A stretch of DNA of 64,000 nt, from IMG/VR virus record IMGVR_UViG_3300025121_000013; one strand, written 5' to 3'. Source of the DNA: a virus (Duplodnaviria > Caudoviricetes). Positions within the stretch are counted from its first letter, which is position 1, and every line of letters starts with the position of its first letter. Shown here piece by piece: positions 38,773 through 50,822 of this stretch. Made by a program: the position numbers and the translations under genes. The notes beneath the pieces were generated by a model. The model searched no databases. It saw only the letters and a program-made list of their open reading frames with translations, and had not been told where the DNA came from.

Positions 38773-39916
38773 TGGCAATTGCCCTAATCACTAAAGGAAT
38801 GTTAAAACCAAGGGGAATTCTTTCAGTCGAGTTTGGCCCTCCAATTACAGTGGTCAAAGAGTCGACACAAAAACCTGAGGTCACTGTTTTTAACGTTACA
38901 TTAAAAGAATCAAAAAATCAAACATTGATTGAAGAGAAAATTAAAATTGTTGTGAAACCAATCGAATAAATTTTTAGAATAAAAATATTTTATTTTTTTT
39001 GTTTTAAACTTTTTGGAGGTTATAAAACATGATAGTTTTAGATTCAAATAAAGAAGATAAAATTACCTTTGATGCTTTAATAGAGGGAGTTAGTCATAAG
39101 AATTTACAAGGCACTTTTAATATTATAATTGAAGGGATACATTTGGGGTTTCCTATTCAAGTTTATGAAGGGAGAATAATCGCTAAAATTCCTCAATTGA
39201 ATAAAGTTATAAAAACAGTTTTAAAAGAAAATAATTATGTCGAAGCGCATTTAGATATTATATCAGATGGATTTCATGTTAGGCCATGGAAGGATACAAT
39301 AAATATTAAATCGACTAAATCTCCTTTAAAAGAAATAAAAAAAATAAAGCCAGTGGTTAAAGTGAAGCCTATAAAAGAAGTCGAATATCCAGAAATGAAA
39401 TCTAAGAAAGGAAAAGATATAATCGTTGACGAAGATCCTCCAGAGGAAAATAAAAAGAAAATTGTGGATATCATTGAAAAGAAAATTTCTTCAAATCCTA
39501 TGAATAATGTTTTAGAAAGATTATATAGAGATATAACTGTAAAAGAACGTGATGACAAAGATTTAAAAGATTTAGATAAAAAAATATATATGAAAAATAC
39601 AGAGTCTTCACCTGTGATATTAAAAGAAACTAAAAAAGAAGAAATGAAAACTGATATAAAACCAATTAAAATTTTATCGGAAAATAAATCTTTTCAAAAA
39701 CCTTCAGAAATTAATATTAATGTTATTAAAGAAATGATGTCGTTTTATGGAATGAAAAGTGAATCAACACAAAATAGAATGATAGAATCGACCAAAGAAA
39801 CTTGTGATGATCCAGACACCATGTATAATCATATTGAGAAAATGATAAAAGGAAATCAATCAAATCTTACTCCGGCCACTCCAGAAGAATTTTTAAAAAT
39901 GTTTTCTCCAACTTAA
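38772..39916 (+). CDS. two hypothetical proteins (38772-38969, 39029-39916)
   Basis: ORF track. Confidence 0.6.
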
Positions 39917-39934
39917 AAATGAAGGGTTTTAAGA

Positions 39935-40444
39935 ATGTCAAGAATTGAATGGGATGAATTCTTTTTAAAAACTGCATATTTGGTTGCCGAAAGATCAACA
40001 TGTTTAAGAAGAATGGTTGGAGCAGTTTTAGTTAAAGATAAACGAATTATCGCTACGGGATATAACGGGGCTCCTTCGGGGCATAAACATTGTTTAGATG
40101 TTGGATGTATGAGAAAAGAATTGAAGATTCCTCGTGGAGAAAGATATGAAATTTGTAGAGCAATACACGCTGAGCAAAATTGTATTGTTCAATGCGCAAA
40201 ACATGGAATTCCAACTCAAGGCTCAATTTTGTATTGTACTTTAAAACCTTGTATGATGTGTGCAAGAGAAATTTGTAATACAGGAATTAAAGAAATTATA
40301 GTTTGTGGAAATTATTCAGATGACACTTCAGATAAATATTTAGAAGAATCTGGAGTCTCTTTAAGATTTATAAATCCTTTTAATTTAGATAAAGCCTTGA
40401 GTTGGGAAACAAAAATTATAGAAAAAAATGATATAGAATATTAA
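39935..40444 (+). CDS. dCMP deaminase (ComEB-like)
   Basis: STCLRRMVGAV, GYNGAP, HAEQN, PCMMC zinc-binding motifs. Confidence 0.93.
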   Translation: MSRIEWDEFFLKTAYLVAERSTCLRRMVGAVLVKDKRIIATGYNGAPSGHKHCLDVGCMRKELKIPRGERYEICRAIHAEQNCIVQCAKHGIPTQGSILYCTLKPCMMCAREICNTGIKEIIVCGNYSDDTSDKYLEESGVSLRFINPFNLDKALSWETKIIEKNDIEY

Positions 40445-40449
40445 GCTCG

Positions 40450-40668
40450 TCCACCACGTGTGGAAGGAGTAAAGATATTCCCACTTTAGGGATATCGGCA
40501 TTTTTAGTTAGAAAATTTACAAAAAAATAAATTTTGTTGCCTGGTGCTCTTAGCCTAAGATTTAAGCTAAGAGCACCAGACTCCGACAACCGCTTTCTCA
40601 TATTCCCCCAGTTTCCAGAAGAAGGAAATGGAAAATGAGATAGCGGCTCCGCGATATCGTGTGGTGGA
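40450..40668. ncRNA. orphan multi-branched structured element at a convergent gene junction
   Basis: Closing TCCACCAC/GTGGTGGA; 14-bp perfect CTGGTGCTCTTAGC/GCTAAGAGCACCAG; CCGCT-TCTCA-TTCC arm; GATATCG/CGATATC. Confidence 0.55.
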
Positions 40669-40673
40669 ATCCC

Positions 40674-40892
40674 CTAGTGAATAACCCCCTTTCCTTTACA
40701 CTTAGGACAAATCCGTTTGGGTGAAATGTATTTTCGGGTTCCGAATTCTCCTTCCAATGCATCTTTTCCCAGAACCCTTTTCTTGTTAGAATGGGTTCTG
40801 TAAATCCGTTGGGTAGTTTTGGAAGTGGTTATTGAATCCCCGACCCTATAGATAATCAGGATCGTTATTAAGCCGATAATGACCCAGAACAT
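40674..40892 (-). CDS. small membrane protein with a C-terminal CxxCxGxG motif
   Basis: N-terminal TM, CPKCKGKG; strong SD GAAAGGAG. Confidence 0.7.
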   Translation of the reverse strand: MFWVIIGLITILIIYRVGDSITTSKTTQRIYRTHSNKKRVLGKDALEGEFGTRKYISPKRICPKCKGKGVIH

Positions 40893-40930
40893 GGTCAGCT
40901 CCTTTCAAAAATATGTCAAATAACACTCCT

Positions 40931-40949
40931 CATATATTAATATATATAA
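40931..40949 (-). promoter_or_regulatory. 19-bp motif copy (2 mismatches)
   Basis: CATATATTAATATATATAA on the plus strand, 39 nt upstream of the 40892 start. Confidence 0.55.
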
Positions 40950-40960
40950 AAGAATACAAA

Positions 40961-41002
40961 AAAATGATCCGGGGAAAATACTTCTTCCCCCCGGATCATT
41001 TT
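40961..41002. terminator. intrinsic terminator hairpin
   Basis: AAAATGATCCGGGG / CCCCGGATCATTTT with A/T tracts. Confidence 0.8.
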
Positions 41003-41022
41003 CAATCAATAATTATTTTGTG

Positions 41023-41199
41023 CTATTCTTGAAATATCTTCTGTCCACACGTAGAACAAAGTACAACTGGAACTTTTATAAAAAGAATTTTCATTCGTCT
41101 TTTTCTATATACAAATTTCTTGTTTAAAATGTATATATAAAAATCTCCAACGATATAGAGAATTGATAAAGCAATGACGATTGAAAGGGCAAGAATCAT
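41023..41199 (-). CDS. 58-aa TM + CxxC protein (not in the ORF track)
   Basis: MILALSIVIALSILYIVG...LCSTCGQKIFQE; SD AAAGGA. Confidence 0.55.
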   Translation of the reverse strand: MILALSIVIALSILYIVGDFYIYILNKKFVYRKRRMKILFIKVPVVLCSTCGQKIFQE

Positions 41200-41247
41200 T
41201 TAGATTCCTTTCATGGAGATTGGCTTAAAGACGTTTTTATAAAGTTT

Positions 41248-42852
41248 TTATCTAATTATAAGATCAGATTCAACTGGAGTGACAATTAAGGCATTATCAA
41301 AATATAAAAGTTTGCAATCACTCAATCTTAATGTATTTATATATAGAAATGTTTGTTGACCATATTGAAAAGTAAAAGTCTCAACTTTTAGATAATATTC
41401 ATCTTGATCATTAACATAAAATACAGTATTTTTTGGTAGATTTCCAAATTTAATTTTTTTGTCTTCATCAATAATTTTAATATTCATATGACAAGACCCT
41501 TTATATTCAATTCTGCATCAACTTTTAAAACTTGATTGTATTCTGGAAATATAGAAAGAACTGTCGTTTCTAGATTTATTGCATTCCAATTATTTATTTT
41601 TTTAATTTTCATATAATATTGAGTGTCATATAAAAATACATCTCTTTCTTTGATACTATGAAAATTTACCCATGCCGATTCGAATTCTGCTATAATTTTC
41701 ATTTTAGATTTTCTCCACAATCAATTCAGCGTCAACTTTTTGTACAAAATCATTATCATGTAAAAAACGTCCACTTCGAAAAACAAGTTCAAAAACATTT
41801 AGTCTGTGGTTTCCAATACTACATGGTTCAATTTTCATGAAATAACAATTATTAAGATAAATTACCTCTCCATATTTAATTTCGGAAAATTTTATAATAT
41901 TATTTCTTTTGTTTTCTGGATTAAATTCTAAAAGTGTTTTTAAAAATAATTTAGCATATATTTTTTGTATTATTTCATGATCATTGAATGTCGATAATGA
42001 ACCATCTCTTAAACATATTGAATTTTTTACCCCCTGGCTATTATATAATTTTGTTGTTTTCATAAAAGGATTCTCTAAGGAACCAATGCAAAAGGGATCT
42101 CCAGAATGAAGTTCAAGAAATTTTGTAGAGGAAGAAAGTTGTCCTTCCACGGTAATTTTCATTTTAGATTTTCTCCACAATCAATTCAGCGTCAACTTTT
42201 TGAACTAAATCGGATTTATTTATTGATATTATATTTTTATGAATAAGATCTAGAGCATTCAACACATTACTTTCAGTACAAAATCCTTCAATTTTAATAA
42301 ACCAATTATTTTTTAGAAGAAAAATTTCACCTGGGTTAACATCATAAAAATTTGTGAAGATTCTTTCTATAGTTTCTAAATCAAATGTTATTTTTATATT
42401 TAATTTCGCTTTTAGAAGTTCAGTCATTACATTAATATTTTCAAAATTATATAGTAAACCATTTGTTAAATTTATTGAATTTACTTTTTTATGCGATCCA
42501 TTCAATGGAGATATTTTTATAAAGATTTGGTTTGTAATTGGGTTACGGATTGGATGAAAAATTTCATCTAATTTAACTTCAGAAAATGGAATAGTTCTTT
42601 CGTCTACGATAATTTTCATTAATTTATTTCACTTTTAGAAAGTGTCAAAGTTCCGTAATATTCAAAAACTGGTTGGCTATTGAGAATTTCATACATAGAA
42701 TAATTAATTAAACTAAATCCTTTGCCCGTGGAGCCTAATGTTCCCTCATCACTTTTAATAAGAAAATGACTTCTATTTATAGTAAAAATATCCCCTGGTT
42801 TTAAATCGCCAAAGGTTTTTTCTTTTTTATTTTCTATCTTGATTTGGATCAT
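41248..42852 (-). CDS. tandem array of five paralogous small beta-rich proteins (41248, 41484, 41704, 42164, 42619; two are double-domain)
   Basis: Recurrent F..L..G..F.....F(M/I)K...N...L..G....F.....V..V(D/E)AEL.I pattern; a related ORF lies at 47172-47396. Confidence 0.75.
41693..42202 (+). repeat. 50-bp exact direct repeat (41693-41742 and 42153-42202)
   Basis: TAATTTTCATTTTAGATTTTCTCCACAATCAATTCAGCGTCAACTTTTTG twice, spanning gene junctions. Confidence 0.9.
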
Positions 42853-42905
42853 GTTCGGTCCTTTCTGAACTCCATATTTTTGATGGTTTATAAAAGTTTA
42901 GGAAT

Positions 42906-43604
42906 TTAATATATGAGATTTATAAACCAAAGATTAGAAGGACATTGATTTAAAATTGTAAATTTTGTATTTTCTATTCTTGATTCGTAAAATGTATGCC
43001 AATGGCCACAATACCATAAATCAGGTTTGTATTTTTCCCAAACAAGATCCAAAGCGTTTATTGAAGGGTCATTTACAGGAGAACCTAAAATCATTCTTTG
43101 AAAATTTTGTTGTTCTAAAATTCTTTTAGGTATGGTATGAGAAATTACAATGTCGATCTTTAAATCTGGAAGATTTTGAATATCATTATAATTTATAATT
43201 TCTTCAGGCCACCAAGAAACTCCTTGAATTCTTAAGTTTTTATCTATTGAGTCTGCCCCTCCCATAAATAAAACATTTCTTCCATCGGGAAGAGTTAAGA
43301 AAGACCCTCTTGGCATATAATAAATATTTGTATCAATTGAAATTGGAACTCTTCCATATTTTTTAACTTTTAAAGTTAAATCTTCATGATTTTCATGATT
43401 TCCATCACACCAATATATTTTTGTTTTTTTCGGGTTAATTCCATATTGATTAAATTTGTTATTAGAGTTCGAATGGATATTATGTAGATGAGGCCACCAT
43501 CCAAAATCTCCACATTGTAAAATTATATCTGGTTTATAAAGATCGATTAATCTATTTAAATCTCCCCATCTACAATGAAGATCTCCACAAATAATAATAT
43601 TCAT
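42906..43604 (-). CDS. calcineurin-like metallophosphoesterase
   Basis: GDLHC, GDFGWW, DGNHENH, SHTIP, GHWH. Confidence 0.9.
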   Translation of the reverse strand: MNIIICGDLHCRWGDLNRLIDLYKPDIILQCGDFGWWPHLHNIHSNSNNKFNQYGINPKKTKIYWCDGNHENHEDLTLKVKKYGRVPISIDTNIYYMPRGSFLTLPDGRNVLFMGGADSIDKNLRIQGVSWWPEEIINYNDIQNLPDLKIDIVISHTIPKRILEQQNFQRMILGSPVNDPSINALDLVWEKYKPDLWYCGHWHTFYESRIENTKFTILNQCPSNLWFINLIY

Positions 43605-43627
43605 TTTTCCCCTATTTTTTGATTTTC

Positions 43628-43669
43628 TTTTATCGATCTACGATATGAAGAAGATCATAGCCCAGACGT
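43628..43669 (+). mobile_element. degenerate relic of the IS left end
   Basis: TTTTATCGATCT-N6-TGAAGAAGA-N9-AGACGT, compare 33613-33657 (N11 spacer). Confidence 0.45.
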
Positions 43670-43677
43670 TTTAAAAT

Positions 43678-46600
43678 TTATTTTAATGTTCTTTTAATTA
43701 TATCTTTGTCTTCTGGTTTTGACCTGATATCTAAAGTTGAAGAATTTCCAGAACAATTAATTTCATCAGAATATACTTTTAGAAAACCGGCTGAATTTGG
43801 AGCCAAGGTTTTAAATTCATTCGTTATAAATTCCGACATTTTTTTATGATCGATAATATCGGGAAATAGTACAGAAAAGGATTCTCCAGAAGAGTTTTTA
43901 AAAATGATATATTTCATCTAATTCTAATCTTAAAATACTTTTTAGTATTTTTAAAAAACGTTGTTGAAAATGCAAATAAACAACAAATCAATTGAAAAAA
44001 TAATATGTTAAAAGCAAAAGTCCATGTACTTAAATGATCGTTTGGATATTTCATAAAAATAATAAAAAACCATATTGTCTCAATAATATAAGTAATAAAA
44101 ATAAGTATTGATATATAATAAATAAAATTCTTTTTTAAATCACTCATTTTTAAGAATTCTTTTCTAAGATGCGATATCATTTTTCAATTTTCTTTTTTTG
44201 AGTTTTCACCCATTCTAAATAATCTCTTTTAATCTTATCAATTTTAATAAACTCTAACGGATCTTTTATCCAAAATTTCTTTTCAATATATTTAAAATCA
44301 TAGAAACATGCTTCAAAAGAAAATTTTAATTCTTGATATTTAAAATAATAAATTGGTGTATGATAAAAATTTATAAAGGAGTTTATTAAATTAAATGCAA
44401 ATTTAATTCTTCTACCCATGTATATCCACCAGAACATATTTAACACACTTAGACATAATAAAATCGATGTAAATATAATAGGGATATAGAGATTTTCTTT
44501 CATATATTCTCCTCTCAGAACTTTCGTTTTATTTTAATGTATTTATCTTTTAAAAGAATTTCTTTCATTTCTTCATTTTGAAAATAAATCGCCATTAAGA
44601 TTGAAAAAATTGCAAATACAAGAATACAAAGACAATTAAATATATTTCTTTGAACTATAAATCCAGAAGAACCAAAAGAAATAAACGCTATAATGAAGAA
44701 TATCATTTTTAGAGCGCTATTCATTTTTAATTCTCTTCCTCAGGAATAAAATCTTCTTCTTCTTCTTCATCATCATAATTATCTAGATCAATATTTTCAT
44801 CAACATTTCCCATCAAATTTCCTTGGTTTCCCCAACCTTGATTGGGATCATTTTCAGATCTTGTTTTTGGAATTTCTCCTTTAAAACATTTTGTATGAAC
44901 TGCAGCAATTCCATTGGATTTATTATCATTAAACATCAAATCACAAACGTCACCCCAGTCTAAATCCCATTGAATAGAATCCCTTAAATTTTCATTTATC
45001 TTTTCGTTAGAGAAAACTCTTCCATATGAATCATATTCTCCACTCATCACCTGAATGCAATTCCCATCTTTCAATAAAAACAATTTTGTAGTTTGACCTC
45101 GAAAACTATTTGATAGAATCGCTTCTCCACATTCCTTGCAGATAAAACTAAAACATCCTATGGGGTATTTTCCTTTCAGAACATGTTTTTAATGGAAATT
45201 GATCTAATTAAAACTTCTTATCTCAGCGTTCATTAAAACGGCAAATTCTTTTGCTAATTCAATATTTGGAAAAACCAATTTTGCTTCATCAATTAAGACT
45301 ACTCCTTTTTGTGGTGGCTTGTTAAATCTATAAGGAAGAAGTACAGTAAAAAATTCTCCCTGAGAGTTTTGAGTTTCATAGATTGTCACAAAGTCAATTT
45401 TTGGTTTTTCTTTTAAAAAAATTTTAACCTCGGGATCATTCCCAAAATGTCTTGTTAGTTTTTCAAGCTTTTGATCTTTTTTCCTCTTAGATATATTTTT
45501 TAGCATGTTTTCCTTCCTTTTTGGAAATGGATGGGGAGGAAGAGAGAATAACCTCCCCATCCATTTCCTTAGAAATACAACTCAATCGAACTATAGATTT
45601 CATTCTTTTTGTTAATAATTTTTATTCTTTTAAATCGTTTGGATTTCTATTTCGACAGGAACATTGATTTATATTAGGATGAGAGTGCCCTCTCTTTTCC
45701 AATGCTTCCCAAAATTCTTTTGCATTATGTCTGGTTAGTAGATTTTCTTTTGGCTTATTTACCCTTCCCTTTTCATGTACTGGGATTGGAAGTCCAAGAG
45801 ATTCACATTTCGCTTCAACCCAAGCTCTTTCATGATTCAATGAAACTTTCCAATGTGGAAATTCAGTTTCCATTTTTTCTCCTTTCTTTGTTATTCTTTT
45901 TTAAGAAGTTCAATAATTTCTTGAACGAAATAATAAATTGAAACTCCTAACATGCATAAAGAATATAGAATCAAGAACATTCCATGAGCTGGAAACTTTT
46001 CCAATAGAAAAACCCCAACGAAAATTCCACAATTGAGAATGCATAAAAGCAATAATTTCATCTTCAAAGGGTCATTGAATTTTTTCAATTTTTTATATGG
46101 ACCATATGGGTTAAAATTCTTTTGTATCATTCAGATTCTCCATTCTTGATAAAATAGTATCTCCATCGAATTGATTCCATTTCAAATGAAGAAGAACTCA
46201 TCGAAGAAATATAACCCAACAGAATTTTTCTTTTCAATCTCAATTCAGACATTTAAATTGATTTATTAATCATGAAGAATAACAAGTTCAAAATTCCAAA
46301 AGAATACCTCTACCAAGATATTGCCATCATTTTTGTCCCTTTCAAAACCAAACCCAAAATGTTTATAATGCGGATTAAAACAATCTTTTAATATAACCTC
46401 TAATCTCCCTATTTTTCTTGAAAAATATATCTTTTCATCATAGAGGTCGACAAAGTCCATGTGGTTTCCTTTCTTTACTTTTATTGCTCTGTGTCAGTAC
46501 CTTCAGTGTTTGCCATCATATCAATTGATATTGATTTTGCTAAATTATCAATTCCCATTTCTTCGATCATTTCTTTTCCTTCTTCAGTGAGGCTCAATAC

Positions 46601-46981
46601 TTCAGTTCCAATTGGAGGGTCATACCCATCATACCAGACCCCACAAAAATCCATGGCCTCTTGTAAAAGATGTTTCTTAATTCGAATATTTCTGGTCTCA
46701 TCTTCGAACTAAAAATATTCACAAATGGGACAAATCAAAAAATTGAGAACCCTATCGACTTGTTTGTAATTGATCCAATCAAAAAGGTTATCCCATGAAA
46801 AAATAACATCTACCATCGTCACATCCAATATGTCTGATATAATCGATTGGATCAATTCATCATCGGTCATATTATCAATTGAGATATTTCCATTGAATGC
46901 GTGACATACATATCTCCATAATTCATTATCAGGAAAGGATGAAAATGTATTTTTGTATATCTCAACCAGTCCGTTTCGCAT
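43678..46981 (-). CDS. block of small hypothetical early-type proteins, several membrane-bound
   Basis: ORF track 43678, 43914, 44177, 44515, 44727, 45204, 45622, 45891, 46266, 46709. Confidence 0.55.
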
Positions 46982-47016
46982 TTAACTATCTACTTTCAAA
47001 AAGTAAAACTCTATCT

Positions 47017-47035
47017 CATTTATTAATATATATAG
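47017..47035 (-). promoter_or_regulatory. 19-bp motif copy (exact)
   Basis: CATTTATTAATATATATAG, 36 nt upstream of the 46981 start. Confidence 0.65.
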
Positions 47036-47053
47036 TTAAATTTTTACAAAAAA

Positions 47054-47087
47054 ATAAAGGGGCATAAAACCTTCTCCGCCCCTTTAT
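47054..47087. terminator. intrinsic terminator hairpin
   Basis: ATAAAGGGGC / GCCCCTTTAT, T-tract on the minus strand. Confidence 0.75.
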
Positions 47088-47171
47088 ATTCTAATTCTTT
47101 ATGTTTATCTATTTTTCCCTAAATAGTATAAAAATGGAGAGATAAAAATATAAAGACTGATTTTAAATATT

Positions 47172-47753
47172 TTAGTCATAATTTAAAACTGCATTCTCCA
47201 ATACTTTAACATAAAGATCAGTTTTGATATGGCATAAATTTCCATTATCCAGGAATACTGAATTTCGTGTCTCTCCGTTTTTTAAGATGACTTTGGGAAT
47301 TTTCATTAGAAATAAACCATTAATAGTGAAAGGAATTCCACATTTAACATTTTCAAAAGTAACATCATTGTACTTTTCCGATTTCTTTATCTTCATCTTC
47401 CCCTTCTTTCTTTATGGCTTATTTTTCATTGAGATTTTTCTTGGTTTTTTATCGTCAAAAATTTCTTGAAGTTTTATTTCATCTATAGGCAATATAGCTG
47501 AATCAAGAAAAATTTCAGCATCTTTTCTCGCTGAAATATCATTTAAAGAATGAAAGGTATAAACTATTGTCAGTCTGTATTTCTTTCCAGATGTTGACTT
47601 CATTTAAGATACATAACCACTGAAGCCTACAGATTTAATTTCTAAATTTTCCTTTTTCTTTCTTCTGATCAATTTATTATATTGTCTTTTGGCCCATTTT
47701 TTAAATTTATGTCCGGCTTTTTGACCAGATATCTGTTCCTTATATGTGGCCAT
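47172..47753 (-). CDS. three small proteins (47172-47396, 47412-47603, and a 49-aa basic ORF at 47604-47753)
   Basis: ORF track plus a manual ORF MATYKEQISGQKAGHKFKKWAKRQYNKLIRR... with SD AAAGGAG. Confidence 0.55.
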
Positions 47754-47782
47754 ATGGTCTCCTTTAAAACTTATTTAAATAG

Positions 47783-47817
47783 CTCCGAGAGGGCTTTTGT
47801 TTCTTGCCCTCTCGGAG
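47783..47817. terminator. hairpin, probable terminator
   Basis: CTCCGAGAGGGC / GCCCTCTCGGAG perfect 12 bp. Confidence 0.65.
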
Positions 47818-47844
47818 GTTAAAGTTAAAAATTATTTTGATTGG

Positions 47845-49309
47845 TTAAAGAGAAGTTTCCTTCTTTTCATATCTGAATGTGGAATGCCAGGTTTTCTTAT
47901 TTTTTGCTGCGAAGATCTTTATTTTCGGAATTTCATCGATCTGTATGTCGAAAGAAGTTCTGTGAAAGACAAAAAGAAATCCGGCTATGAAGAATAGCGT
48001 AGTGAGCACTCTTTTCTCCTTTTCTTTTGGGAGATTTAGTTGGGAACAATGGAAAGGATTTCTGTTGCCCACAATGGAAGTTTATAATTCTTGAAATACC
48101 TTCTGGATCTTTCGATAAATTCGATGATGTCATCAGCGTAATCTGGGTGCATTCTCGAATTATAATATTTGATCTGGTCTTCAAAATTATCAAATTTAAG
48201 ACCATCGATGCTTCTGGCGGCTGCTGTGAAGAAGCCAATCGCCTTATCAAATTTATCGGGAGGCACGACCTTTTCAGGTTCTCCCTTTTTGTTAATTACC
48301 ATCGGCTTTTGCCTGCAAAAGGAAAAGCCGATATGAATCTGTGGATCTCCAATTTCGGTCCATGAAAAAAGAACTCCAGTTTTCTGATTGTTTTCATTTC
48401 GTACATATTCCAACAGATATCCACTATTCCTTTGCTTCCTCGGGCCGTCTTCCATAGAAGGCGATTCCTTTCTTATTGGTTGTTTGTTGTTTTCTTTTTA
48501 GACTTTTAAAATTGAATTCAGGAATTAAAATATATAACCATGAGATAAAGAATATGACAAAGGATATTGATAAATATAATTTCAGAGTTTTATAATCTAA
48601 TGTATGATTTTTAATTATGGTTAAACAAAATGAAAATATTCCAATTAAAATTATTAGTGCTATACATCTTAAAATAGTATTCTTTAGAGTCAAAATTATT
48701 CTCCCTTCTCCTTGGGATCTTTCCAATTTCCTTTTGCTAAAATATTTGAAATATAAATTGAGCATCTTGTGAAAAAACATTCCGTATCTACAGGATAATC
48801 AAAATCTATTGAGTTCTTTGTAATTAGGAGAGGACAATGATATTGTTCATTTTTTTTAATTTTTAAGGGACAATATTTGAGGAATACAGCAAAAGCTTTT
48901 TCATTTCCAGGAAAGGTTTTTTGTTTTAAATCGTGAAAACTCATTCCTCAACAATTCTAAATGATTTACATAATGCAACGTTAAAAGATTTTCCGTTAAT
49001 GAAATTTAATTCTTTTCTTTGTCCCAACCCTTTTCTATATTCAATTTTTTTAACAATCAATTCTGAGAAATCTGGGACGGATAATAATATATCTTTAAGA
49101 ACATTTGTAGTTTCAGGCTCTTCAAGAAAAAAGCAAAATCCATCATCAACAACATTATATTTTGCCCAATTGATCCAGCCATCTTCTTTTTCATAATTAG
49201 AAAACATAAATCCACGAAGATGGCCATTAATTTGAGAAAATATTTTCCATCCAAAACCATTTTCGGGAATCGGAAAAACTTCACTCCCATTTTCCAGTTT
49301 ATTGCACAA
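47845..49309 (-). CDS. block of hypothetical proteins (47845, 48036, 48424, 48696, 48941)
   Basis: ORF track; the 48941 ORF probably starts at TTG 49309 (SD AAGGAG), not inside tRNA-Lys. Confidence 0.55.
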
Positions 49310-49344
49310 AGAGAATCTCCTTAAGATCAGTGATATCAAGATGA

Positions 49345-49416
49345 TGGGGCCGGTTGGGCTCGAACCAACGACTCTCTGCTTAAAAGGCAGATACTCTACC
49401 ACTGAGTTACGGCCCC
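49345..49416 (-). tRNA. tRNA-Lys(TTT), CCA not encoded
   Basis: GGGGCCG acceptor, TCTGC CT TTT AA GCAGA, GGTTCGAGCCC. Confidence 0.92.
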
Positions 49417-49434
49417 ATTTAGACACGTAATATT

Positions 49435-50429
49435 TTATTCTTTAGGAAGATTTTCTAAAATAGTTCTAAATGTAATATAAATATATTTTTTACTTTCCTT
49501 ATTTATAAATGAAAAATATATTCCCGATCTTGTTGAAATATATTCTTTCTCAATATCAGTTTTTAGTTCTCCTAAATATTCTAAACAAATTCCATATATA
49601 GTACTTTGATAAATAGTTGGTTCTGTCGAATTTTCATCTAGAGGGTCTTTTTCATATATTTTCATAAATCTTTGTATCAATTCTTTTTGTGTTGTTAAAC
49701 AATCTTTTTTTATAACCCAATCTATCAGTAATTGACACTCTGTTTCACAAATATCTCTTAGAACACATTCAGAACAAATTGAAGGCAACCCATGAATTGT
49801 TATCCTTTTCACATTAAAACCACTCCGAAAACTATCCCCTGAATGAAGCCATATATAACTTCAGATTGACTCCATTTATTATCCATGTGTGGATATTTAG
49901 GAATATTGATTAAACAAGGAATATTAACGCTAATCGGAAAAGATATACTTAAAATAAAAATATATATTAAATATATTGGGCTTAAAATTAAAAATGGTAT
50001 AAAAGGGGGAACCCAAAAATATAAACCTCTAATAAATAATGCTACATTTGCATACAAAAGATAATTTTTTTCATGAGAAATAAAAACTTCTGTGATTTGA
50101 GAAATGCCATCACAAATTCTATATCCAAAAAAGTTTCCACAGCTTTTTTCTGGATTATAATTTTTTGGATCTTTATCGATAATCGTTGCAATCCATGTTC
50201 CCCATCCAAACGACTCACCGATTTTATATAAGATATAACCAATAAATTCACAAAAGAAAATATTCCAATGAGTTTTAAAATATAAAATTATCCCAATAGA
50301 AATTCCAATTCCTAATTTTGCAAATGTGTCCATTTCTATTTCTTGAACTTTAATATCAGAGCCACGTACCCTATGTAAAAAACTAAATACAATTCCTATA
50401 AAAATCACAATGAAAAATTTAATTATCAT
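49435..50429 (-). CDS. hypothetical protein with CX2CX5CX3C (49435-49812) and a multi-TM membrane protein (49809-50429)
   Basis: CSECVLRDICETEC; several hydrophobic helices. Confidence 0.6.
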
Positions 50430-50432
50430 TTT

Positions 50433-50822
50433 TTAAAATTTATCTTTGATTATTGAACTAATCATTTTTCCATCCGCTTTTGTTCCAAAATGATTTTTAA
50501 TAATTCCAATAGCTTGCATTTTATTTTTCAAAGAACTAAAATCAATATGATTTGAAATCCACATTAATAATTCTTCTTCAGATATAGGTTGAGGTATGTA
50601 CTGTTTTAAAATTGAAATATAAACTTCATCTGGCACTGGAAACTTTTTTGCATCATCAGCCATTTTATTTAAAAGATTTATTATTCTTTGATCTTCGATT
50701 TCTTTTTTTGTATCTATTCTTGCCAATTCTCCCATTATAATAATCAATACATTTTTCTTTATTTCATCTTTTTCTTTTCTAGCTTTTTGAAGGTCGGCTT
50801 TTATTTTCTGTTGAATTGTCAT
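50433..50822 (-). CDS. GatB/YqeY domain protein
   Basis: IQQKIKADLQKARKEKDEIKKNVL...E...LKQYIPQPISEEEL...MQAIGII...ADGKMIS. Confidence 0.8.
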   Translation of the reverse strand: MTIQQKIKADLQKARKEKDEIKKNVLIIIMGELARIDTKKEIEDQRIINLLNKMADDAKKFPVPDEVYISILKQYIPQPISEEELLMWISNHIDFSSLKNKMQAIGIIKNHFGTKADGKMISSIIKDKF

